NCBI GenBank assembly: GCA_951406725.2
Contig: OX597818.1
Location: 27,094,001-27,158,000, forward strand
Origin: Octopus vulgaris
Lineage: Eukaryota
DNA length: 64,000 nt
Direction of reading: 5' to 3'
A model generated the notes under the pieces. That model saw nothing but the letters and a program-made list of their open reading frames with translations, had not been told where the DNA came from and did no database searches. Made by a program: the position numbers and the translations under genes. The first letter of the stretch is position 1. The number at the start of each line of letters is the position of its first letter. Below are positions 53,728 to 64,000 of this stretch, one piece after another.

Positions 53728-54630
53728 CCCGACCCCACCCCTAGCACCCCCACCCATCTCCGCTTGGCTGAGCTCGTCCTCACCCTCAATTGCTTCACGT
53801 TCGCCGGGGAAACGTACCAATAGGTGTCCGGGGTCGCGATGGGAACTAGGATGGGCCCCAATTTCGCCAATCTCTTTCTTGGCTACATTGAGGCCCAAGT
53901 GTTCTCCCAGTTCTCTGGGCCGACCCCCGAACTATACGGTCGCTATATCGACGACTGCATAGGTGCCACCTCCCTTTCCCGTGAACTTCTCTGCCAATTC
54001 ATCTCTTTCCTTTCCAATTTTCACCCCTCTCTTCAATTCACCTCCACCATCTCCAACACCTCTGTCAACTTCCTTGACATCTCTCTCCGCATCGATCACC
54101 CCTCCAACTGTCTCACCACCACCGCCTTCTTTAAACCTACGGATTCCCACCTCTATCTCAACTTCTCTTCCTCCCACCCCTTCCACACCAAACGAGCCAT
54201 CCCATACTCCCAGTTCCTCCGCCTCCGACGTTTGTGCAGCCGCGACCAGGATTTCGAGACCCAATCTCAATACCTGGCCCGCATGTTCAGACTCCGAGGT
54301 TACCCACCCATACTCCTCTCTGATGCCCTCACCCGCGCCCGTCGCATCGACCGCACCACCGCCCTGTCTCCTTCCCCCCGCCCACCCCCCAACCGCACCC
54401 CTTCCCCTCCTTTTCCACTCCTCTACCCTTCCCCTTCGTCGCAAGATACTACGTGCCTTCCGTCGCCTCCACTTCCGCTCGGCTGGCCATTCCCTAGATG
54501 ACATCTCAGTGTTTGGTCTCGCCCCCCACAATGGTCGCCCACTTTCCAGGCTCCACTTGGAGCAACGCTACATCTTCACCCTACAAACTACTACCCCACA
54601 CGGACTTAACACAGCCCCCCTCCTCTTGAG
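53728..54630 (+). pseudogene. Penelope-like element RT plus GIY-YIG endonuclease C-terminus (5'-truncated, internally deleted)
   Basis: GVAMGTRMGPNFANLF, YGRYIDD, FLDI, KPTDSHLYLNFSSSHP..K.AIPYSQFLRLRRLCS, RGYP; next frame HF.SAGHS...LEQRYIFTLQTTTPHGLN. Confidence 0.93.
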
Positions 54631-54669
54631 GTCCTCTTCCTTTTTTTTTTTTTTTTGTTTCCCGGATAC

Positions 54670-57090
54670 ACCACACACACACACCTACCCACCTCCCACA
54701 CGCCTGTTCACACACACACATACGTAGACACATCTACGGACATACATTCACACATTTAATCACACACACTTATAGACATACATGCACACACTAACATACA
54801 AACCAACATGCACACACACACACACACATACATACATACACACACACATACATACTTACACACACACACACAGACATACATACACACATACATACACACA
54901 TACATACGCACATACATACACACACACTCACACACACACACCGCACGTACATACTTCACACACACACACATGCACACATACATGTAGGCACACACACATA
55001 CATACATACCCACACATACACACCTTTACACTGAATGCACACACACATACACCTTTTTGCATCCAGGCAGCCCCCCCTCTTTTCTGCTTTCCGGTTTTGG
55101 CTGATGGATCCTCGGTTCCCGCGTAGCGGGTCGTTCGAGGGCCTTTGCGCTCGCGCGCCTTGGCGCGCGCTGGGGGCTTTGTCGGCCCCAAGGGCTTGCG
55201 TTGTATTGCTTGTGTGTTGTGTGCGTGAGCGCGCTTCGTGTGTGTGGGCTTGCTTCGGGTGCGTATGTATACATACATACCCACACACTCGCATGCATCC
55301 CTACCCACATACATACACGCACACCTACTCACACACACACATACACACACACACATACCTACACACACACACACCTACACAGCCATACCCCCACTCAGAC
55401 ACACATACACACACACACACACGCACACGTACACATACACACACACACACCTACACAGCCATACCCCCACTCAGACACACACACCTACTTACACACACAC
55501 ACCTACTTACACACACACACACACACACACACAGACACACACCCATACATACATACATCTACACACACACACACACACATACACACACATACGCACACAT
55601 ACATATACTTATACACATGCACACACACACATACATACATACACCCATACACATACACACACATACCTACATACTCCTATACGCACATACATACACACAG
55701 ACATACACACATACACACTCACACAAACATACACACACACATACTTACACACATGCATGACAAACACCCATACACTCACACTCACATACGCACACACCAA
55801 CATAAACACGCACACACACACACACATTACACACGTACACACACACCTACATACACATGCATACACACACACACACACAAACATGCACGGACACACCCAG
55901 ACATACATACATACACCTATACACACACGCCCACACCTACTACACACACACACACATACACACACATACACGGACACACCCATACATACTTACATACACC
56001 TATACACACACGCCTACACACCTACATACACACACATGCATACACACACACACATGTACGCACATACACACACATATACGCACATACATATATACCCACA
56101 CACATGCACACACACACATACGCACATGCATGCATGCATGCACACGCGCACACCTACACGCATACATGCATACACACACACACATGCACGTACACATACA
56201 TACATACACACACACATACATACACCCATACACATACATGCATCCTACACACACATACATACACACTCACACATACATACACACACACACACTCACTCAC
56301 ACACCTGTATGTACGCGCACACACATGCACATACACACACTTCCACACACCCACACGTACATACATACACACTCATACACATACACACACACACACGGAC
56401 ATACATCTATGCACACACATATATACACACATACTTACATACATTCATCGGACACACTGACACCCAGACATACACACAAACACACTCACACATCCACACA
56501 CATACATACTTACACACACACTCGCAGGCGCGCGCACACACGCGCTTGCGCCGGTTCGCGCACGCATACGCGCATGCATGCACCTCGCTCTTGGACCCGA
56601 CGAGACCTCCCGCTCGTTTCTGGGGCCGTCGCCTGTCGTTGGGTTCTCCCACGCCCGTCTCCGCGGGACCACTCTTCCATCTTCCCCTCAGCTGGACTCC
56701 TTTTTCCTTATAACCCCCCTTTTTGTTACACACACGCGCACACATACATACACCCACTCACACACACACATTGCTTAAATATATACATTACTCTTACACA
56801 CACTTCAAATCTACTCGCCATTAATACAACTACGACACTGGACACACACACACTACTACTCAACACACACGCTGGCACGTTACATACGCCCCCACCCCTT
56901 CCCCTCCCTCCCTTCCTCCTTCCTTCATTTTCTTACTACTGACCACTGTCTGCTGCCTACTACTGTTCGCCCTACCTCACACGCCTACACACAGACGCAC
57001 ACACTAACATATACATATATTTTTTGTTTTTTATCTCGCCTCACACACACATACACACACGCACACGCACACACTCACACATACACACAC
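54670..57090. repeat. Long cryptic (CA)/(CATA) low-complexity tract with two GC-rich islands
   Basis: Direct reading; source of the 360-490 aa HT/TH-rich ORFs. Confidence 0.9.
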
Positions 57091-57224
57091 ATCTGTTGCG
57101 TTACCAACCCTGTCTCCACTCTTTTGGCTTTAAAAACCTACTTTGCTCTTGTTATCGTAAACTTCCGCCTTTCACCATGTGTACTTCGTAAACACCAGTC
57201 GTTTTATTTTTTCTCCTCTTGTTG

Positions 57225-57391
57225 CCCACTTTGGGATCTTTCTTTCCTCTCTCTTCCTTCTTTATGTTTCCGACGAAGAGCTCCGCTCGAAACGTCATAC
57301 CTTCCTGCTTCCATCTTTCCTGAGCGCCTATTAATAATAATACTGTAATTGTTCCACGTGTTGTTGTTTTTTCTGTTTTCCCGTTTGGATT

Positions 57392-57395
<4 letters not shown>
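57225..57395 (+). mobile_element. Penelope-type pseudo-LTR (family X) at the 3' end of the PLE; hammerhead-like motif 57266-57300
   Basis: CCGACGA-A-GAGC-tcc-GCTC-GAA-ACGT-C; similar to 52787-52980. Confidence 0.75.
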
Positions 57396-57427
<32 letters not shown>

Positions 57428-57433
<6 letters not shown>

Positions 57434-57680
57434 AAGTGAGAGTCTCCCTATTTACCTAAACTCTATTATTCTATTTATTCTTTTATCTACTTTATCACTG
57501 ATTCCTTTGACCACTCCCCTAAGAATGATAGTTTGCGCCATGCCTACCCCAAAAAGTCCCCCCCACCTTTAAACCTGCCTAAATGTATAAATGCCAAAAC
57601 TATTCTTGTCACCTAGCTTCCTGATGATTTCTTTTGAATGAAACAGTTCTAGTCCTGTAGAAGCTCCTTCTATAAAATAA

Positions 57681-57682
<2 letters not shown>
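57428..57682 (+). repeat. Right arm of ~255-bp inverted repeat (family Y pseudo-LTR)
   Basis: Reverse complement of 53121-53380. Confidence 0.9.
57615..57665 (+). ncRNA. Type I hammerhead ribozyme (family Y)
   Basis: AGCTTC-CTGATGA-tTTC-tttt-GAAt-GAA-ACAG-ttctagtc-CTGT-A-GAAGCT: 6-bp stem I, weak stem II, 4-bp stem III, GUA site. Confidence 0.75.
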
Positions 57683-57714
<32 letters not shown>

Positions 57715-57721
<7 letters not shown>

Positions 57722-58202
57722 AAGAAGTAAATATATGGCACAACGAAGTACCGATATTTACTGGAAATAGCGAACGTAATAATACGACGCTAATGTATAG
57801 CTTCACCGCGTATGTACTAGCAAAAATGCGTGAGTGCAACAAACTAGAAAAAATTGCCTTACCTCCAGGGAGAACATCTGAAAGATGAAATACCTTGAAA
57901 AGGATAATGTGGGACCGGCGCCGGTTTCAGATTTTTCAAGATATGTCTGCACCCATAAACTTGATCTATCTTCATCAGCCAAACATATACCACGACAACA
58001 TTTCAGATGTTACCACATTAATGCCAATACACTCGACTGAAACGCCGAAACGCTAACAGCACGAGAACGGTGAAGAAGTTTCAATAAATTAGTGATGCAA
58101 TACTAGAGTATTGCTTTCCAGTAAAGAATTGCCCGTGAGGGAAAAATATACAAAGAAGTAAATATATGGCACAACGAAGTATACTCTAGTATTGCATTAC
58201 TA

Positions 58203-58205
<3 letters not shown>
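57715..58205 (-). mobile_element. Retrozyme-like / pLTR-like non-coding unit (family Z)
   Basis: 36-bp direct repeat at 57715-57750 and 58146-58181, 24-bp inverted tail (58087-58110 vs 58182-58205), internal hammerhead, flanked by (TA)n. Confidence 0.7.
57907..57986 (-). ncRNA. Type I hammerhead ribozyme (family Z), canonical core
   Basis: Minus strand ATGT-tt-GG-CTGATGA-AGAT-aga-TCAAG-loop-CTTGA-aaa-ATCT-GAA-ACCGG-cg-CCGGT-C-CC-ACAT; GUC cleavage predicted between 57913 and 57912. Confidence 0.85.
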
Positions 58206-58261
<56 letters not shown>

Positions 58262-58892
58262 CATAATACATACATAATACATACTTACATCTACTATACA
58301 CCATTTTAAACTCGTGATTACCTGTGTGTAACGTCTCTTTACTTTTATAGGGTCTTCCCTGTTGCTGTCACATATTGTGAAATTTTAAATTACGTCAACA
58401 TTTTCAAATTTGGTATATTGAAATAATTTTCTACGTTAAATCCGATTTTGCTATTTATTTGTTCCAGAAAAATTGTAGAAAATTGTTACTGAGGTTTTAA
58501 AGTTTAATCAGTCTTACCTAATCAGAAAACAGGATTTGGAAGATGATATTTTCTGCACTATAGCTGTCTATCACGAAATGAAAGCAAAATCATTACGAGG
58601 AGGAATTTTTACTTAACAAACGAAAGCAGAGCATTACGATAACCATAGTTGTAAGAACTTATGGAGTTTTAATAAGTTTTAATCAATAAAATCATGCAAA
58701 ACCGACACGTAAATAATTTTAAAAGGAACAAAATCCTCAATGAAGTTTTTTTGCGAAAATTTGCACAAATTAGTCTTGATTAAGAGGCCTATCTGTCGAG
58801 GAAGGCATGGTCTGACATAGAATAAACAAAAGATTATATAAGACATTCTATTGTAAAAATTGCTCAGCAACGACGGGTCTTTTCAGCTACTT

Positions 58893-58942
<50 letters not shown>

Positions 58943-58961
58943 CAGAGAGAGAGAGAGAATA

Positions 58962-59066
58962 TTAGTTATGGCCAGTTCATAGGGTTTTGCGTCCACAAAG
59001 CGCTTAACTTTACACACGTCTCGTCAGACCCTACCTTGGGTAACCCTATGAATTGGCCGTAACTAA
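58962..59066. mobile_element. Short MITE-like inverted repeat
   Basis: TTAGTTATGGCCAGTTCATAGGGTT ... AACCCTATGAATTGGCCGTAACTAA (25-bp arms, 2 mismatches); no clear TSD. Confidence 0.6.
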
Positions 59067-59650
59067 CGGAGTTTTGTTTGCGGCACGACGTGTTCAGTGT
59101 TGATTTTAGTTAGTCGAGACTGTAGCAACTCGCTGCATAAAACTGTTATTGCGTTGAAGTTGAGTTTTGCTTACAAGTTAGCAATCTTTGTTTGTATTGT
59201 AGATTGCTGTATTTTTAGTCGATTAAAATCTTTTAAGCTTTGATATTCCAGTTTGGGTTTATAACAGTAGCAATTTATTTAGGCTACGTTTTAAACACCA
59301 ATAATTATCACCTCAAGAGCATTGAGTAAGACAGCTTTTGGTGAGCAGAGTCTATGACCTAAATTTTATTCTTTGTTGAATACAATGAACTGTGTTTATG
59401 TTATTAATACTCCTAAAAAGTATCTTCCCAATGAGAAGTGTGGATTGGAACACAATTCCATATTTACTATTATTTTTTACGTGTTATCTTGTACTAGTTC
59501 GCTCTCAGATTTCATTTACAACCAAGAGACACACCCACATTTGAAGAACTTAGCCTAGTCTTCTTTTTACTGATTATTGACAAACATATACAAAAATAAA
59601 CTTTAAATACCACAAATATGTTAATATACTTTTTTATGCTGGCAACCTTG

Positions 59651-60734
59651 AATAAATTTCTTAGAAAGGTACAAAGTTTCGTGGAAATTATATTTTAATT
59701 TAAAAAATTTTTGTTGTTTTTCTCTAGTTAACATACTAACAACGCAATTAAATCGAAACGAAAGCGGATTTTTGATTCTGTCCTTTGAGAATTTAACTTA
59801 AGGTCAATGAACCAAAGAGGGTGTCCCTATGTGGTTGCTCAACCTACAAGATAGCTACGAAATTCCCCCCATTTCGCATTTCTGTTATCTTTAAAATAAA
59901 GGGGGAACACATTGAATGATGTAGTTCGTAATATACGTACTCGGCTCGGAAAAATTACGAGCAGATCACACCCAAGATTAAATATGGAATATATAATAAT
60001 CTTTACAGTCGACGATACTTGTTCTATATTAGATCTTAACTTCTAATCATAACAGAAAATCTAATATTTACAGATCCTGCATTTTACGCCAGTAGAATTC
60101 TTTTCATAATTTTTTTAATATCTAAGTGCAGACAGAAAAGTACAGATCTGACTGATTAAGAAGCGTATTTTTTTAAAATAATAAAATTAACAATTTTTTT
60201 TAGGAAGTGTTTATTTTTCTACTTAAGAATCCGTAAATATATGAAAACTATAAAAGCATATTCCTTTTTCATTCTATCTCCCTACTCTTACATGTCAAAG
60301 ACTAAACAAACACCTCTCATCCATTTGAATGATGAATTACATTTTCGCTCCATTTCAAAGATATTTATTGTATGCTTTCTTCCGCCTTTTTTCTTTTTTA
60401 AAACTTTCATTTCTCACGCCCCTAACTCCCCTGCAATCCGTCTCCGCTTCTTTCTTGATGTTCTCCATTATGTACTTTTCCATAAACATCTCTATCTACA
60501 AATCAACTTGTCTTGGGGGGAATTTCGTAGCTATCTTGTAGGTTGAGCGACCACATAGGGACACCCTCTTTGGTTCATTGACCGTAAGTTAAATTCTCAA
60601 AGGACAGAATCAAAAATCCGCTTTCGTTTCGATTTAATTGCGTTGTTAGTATGTTAACTAGAGAAAAACAACAAAAATTTTTTTAATTAAAATATAATTT
60701 CCACGAAGCTTTGTACCTTTCTAAGAAATTTATT
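59651..60734. repeat. ~220-bp near-identical inverted duplication with ~640-bp spacer
   Basis: 59651-59871 is the reverse complement of 60514-60734 with only a few substitutions. Confidence 0.9.
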
Positions 60735-61089
60735 ACCTATTTCATTTTACAGGCCTTTTTCTCACTCACAATTTCGGTTCACAATACATTACATACATAA
60801 GTAATATTGTACGTTGGGAGAATAATTCTTCTTTCTTTTTAATATAGGTACAAAGCCTGGAATTTCGGGGGGAGGGGGATATAGTCGATTAGATCGACCG
60901 CGAAAGGATGAAAGGTAAAAGTCGACCTTGGCGGAATTTGAACTCGGAACGTAAAACTGAACCGGCGCGCTAACGATTCTACTAGCTTGCCGGTCTTTTT
61001 TATTTATTATTTTTTTGGTTGGGGTGTAATTTTGTCGGTAAATAGTAATGGGAACTACTTATCTTAAGAGACACAGTCGTCTCCATTTC

Positions 61090-61501
61090 GGATCTTTTTC
61101 CTTTTGAACGGCAGTTTTCAACACAATTTCTAGTTAACTAAACACTTTTAAACTTCGTATACTGGTAGAATGTGTTTATAAAACATCATTTTTTCTTGGC
61201 TTTATTGAGAAAATTCTATAGTTTGTAACATATTTCCACTTTAAAATCGAGCATTTCGGCAATTTTAACCAATGTAAATAAACCCAATCTGTTTCTGAGG
61301 GACATATTCATACAGCACGGAATGTTTTCTCCCCAAATGGAGGTGAGCGATTGGTTAAAATTGCCGAAATGCTCGATTTTAAAGTGGTAATATGTTACAA
61401 ACTATAGAATTTTCTCAATAAAGCTAAGAAAAAATGAAGTTTAAAAGTGTTTAGTTAACTAGAAATTGTGTTGACATATGCCGTTCAAAAGGAAAAGATC
61501 C
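61090..61501. mobile_element. Foldback MITE (GGATC TIR family) with long arms
   Basis: Arms of about 180 bp; TSD TCCATTTC on both sides. Confidence 0.88.
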
Positions 61502-63142
61502 TCCATTTCTCTAGAGTATTGCCATTCCACAATATATAGGCTGATAATTTTCTTAATGGTATATAGGAAACTCAAATTTCGCCGAGGTCGACTTTGCCTT
61601 TCAACCTTTTCGGGGTCGATAAATTTAGTACCAGTTACTCACTGGGGTCGATGTAATCGACTTAATACCTATGTCTGTCCTTGTTTGTCCCCTCTATGTT
61701 TAGCCCCTTGTGGGTAATAAAAAAAATAGGTATATAGGAAACTCATGGTCTGCATTGGCAAATGCAAAGTTCTTTTACTTGTTTCGTTCATTAGACTATA
61801 GCCATACTGGGGTACTGACTTGATGGGTTTAGTCGATCAAAAAGACATTTTATGTTTGCTGGATTGACAAAATAAAAGAAAGCAAATTATTCTCTCTTCC
61901 TTTGATATATAGATGTTGTTTGGACGTAGCAGAAAATAGTTGGCTATAAAGATCAGGTTGTAACCATTGTTCTGATTGGTTAGTTTTTAGGTGCAAATTG
62001 TCCTCTAAACCAAAGTTTCTCAACCCATTTTGGCCAAAGGCCCCTTCTTGACCCTTTTAATCACAAATGGCGCCCCTAGAAAATATTTTTATTTTTCAAT
62101 ATACTACTTATTTTGATATCAGCAGATAATGATTTAAAAAAAATAAAGGACGTCGTTTTACATATGCGCTTGTATACAGTCAGGAGTACAGATGTACAAA
62201 CTGAAATACAAAAAGAAAAAAAACAACAACGAAATAATGAATTAAAAGTTTGGTAATTCCGTTTATTTCCACCACGCGATATAAGATCAATGTGTTGTCT
62301 ATCGAAAGAGTGCTCTTTGGTACAAGTAAATGTCGATGAAATCATTTCAAACCTTTGTGATTTCCCTTATCAAAACAGCTAGAATTTGTGCAACAATCTG
62401 ACATATAAGTTATTGTCATCCGGGAAGATGATTTTTTATGTTAAAAAAAAAGAGTGTAATTGATAAAAATTGTTGAAATACATATGTACTTCATATGAGT
62501 AGCAAATCGTGGAGGATGGTATTCACTGTATTTGGATTTAGTTAGTTTGAGTCACAAAATCAGCCCCGTTAAAAATTACGTAAAAAAATCTGAAAATTTG
62601 TCATATTAAACATTCATTTCTTATTCAGGATCTAGTTTGTTACATTCAATCTGCATTTTTTAAAAGGAAGTAAAAAAAATCTGAAAATTGGTTATCTTGA
62701 TGCGGTTTTCCACGCTTATTCCTACGAAGCCATGAACTTCTGGAGAAAAAATTTGACACAATTTTTTTTTTTTTTAATTCATGGTTTTACAATACAGACA
62801 GTTCGAATCTACCACTCGTTTCTTTTTATAATTTCCAAATAATTTTTTTAATTACTTCAAATTCAAAATTGCGTAAATATGCGTGCCAGAAACAGTAGTT
62901 AGAAATTAAGGAAATAGATTTTTGGGAGACCTCTTATGACTGACTTTTATTCCATTATTCTAGTATCTTCTGAAACATACGTATATAAATGCATACAGAA
63001 ACATACAAACACACACACACACACACACACATTTTTACAGAGTTAGTTTTATAAACATCCTTGTATATGTATATATATATAAATATTTCGGCATATCTAC
63101 ACAATTGTGCCCCAAAGATGTGCTTCTTCATACCCATGGGAA

Positions 63143-63657
63143 GGATCTTTTCCTTTTGAACGGCAGTTTTCAACACAATTTCTAGTTAACTAAGCACTTT
63201 TAAACTTCGTATACTGGTAGAATGTGTCAAAATAAAACATTTTTTCTCTTGGCTTTCTTGAGAAAATTGTAGTTTGTAAGTTTAACGTAGTTTAATATTT
63301 CGAATTTTAACCAATCAATGGCCTCTATTTAGCTAAAATCATTTGCTGCGTCTAAAACCTAGACAACATCCTGTCACTGTTATGTTTACGTGCGGAAAGG
63401 GTAGGGTTAGGGTAAGGGTAAGTGACAGGATGTTGTCTCAGTTTTAGACGCAGCGAATGATTTTAGCTAAATAGAGGCCATTGATTGGTTAAAATTCGAA
63501 AAATTAAACTACGTTAAACAAACAAATTACAATTTTCTCAAGAAAGCCAAGAGAAAAAAATGTTTTATTTTGACACATTCTACCAGTATACGAAGTTTAA
63601 AAGTGTTTAGTTAACTAGAAATTGTGTTGAAAACTGCCGTTCAAAAGGAGAAGATCC
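63143..63657. mobile_element. Foldback MITE (GGATC TIR family), ~235-bp arms
   Basis: Arms 63143-63378 and 63421-63657; TSD CATGGGAA/CATGAGAA. Confidence 0.9.
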
Positions 63658-63801
63658 CATGAGAAAATTAAATATTTCTTTTTACAAATATGCTTCAGAT
63701 CATGTAGACTCCGATTAAATTGGAATACCTTGTGGAAACTGTTTGTCCCTAAAGGAGTTTTAGAAAATTCACACCATTAGGCTTTATTGTATATAATAAT
63801 A

Positions 63802-63848
<47 letters not shown>

Positions 63849-64000
63849 GAGTTTGGTTTAATGGCCTACCAATGTATACTATGAGTTTCTTTGCCCTAGG
63901 AGTCGGGAAGACACTCAGCAAGAAATGGAAGCAAATTTGAAAGAAGAAAAAAAAAAAAAAAATATGAGGGAATATTATTCCAAACTTACAGGGAAAATTT

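Noticed and set aside
55035-56942. Long His/Thr/Tyr-rich ORFs (241-491 aa)
   Set aside because: Open in several frames only because CA-type repeats lack stop codons; no domain content
63875-63925. Minus-strand CTGAGTG..GAAACTCATAGTA hammerhead-like motif
   Set aside because: Non-canonical core and no stem I pairing; element runs off the window

Overview
AT-rich, microsatellite-dense eukaryotic DNA; the repeat families resemble those of a cephalopod (octopus-like), which is inference only. I found no intact host protein-coding gene. Nearly all ORFs in the track are translations of (TA)n/(CA)n/(GA)n tracts or decayed transposons. Recognisable relics are RTE, Tx1/L1 and CR1/L2 LINE fragments, mariner, Tc1 (DD34E-type) and maT (DD37D) transposases, a Merlin/IS1595-like transposase, a Helitron PIF1 helicase with an intact 3' end, several tRNA-derived SINEs and foldback MITEs. 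The most notable signal is a set of hammerhead-ribozyme motifs from about five unrelated short repeat families. Five motifs cluster in about 5 kb around a Penelope-like RT/GIY-YIG relic (52.8-58.2 kb), including a near-canonical GUC hammerhead inside a terminally redundant ~430-bp retrozyme-like unit. A tRNA-head plus hammerhead foldback element with a 14-bp TSD sits at 11.8-12.3 kb. A pseudoknot-forming (possibly HDV-like) retroelement leader occurs in three copies.
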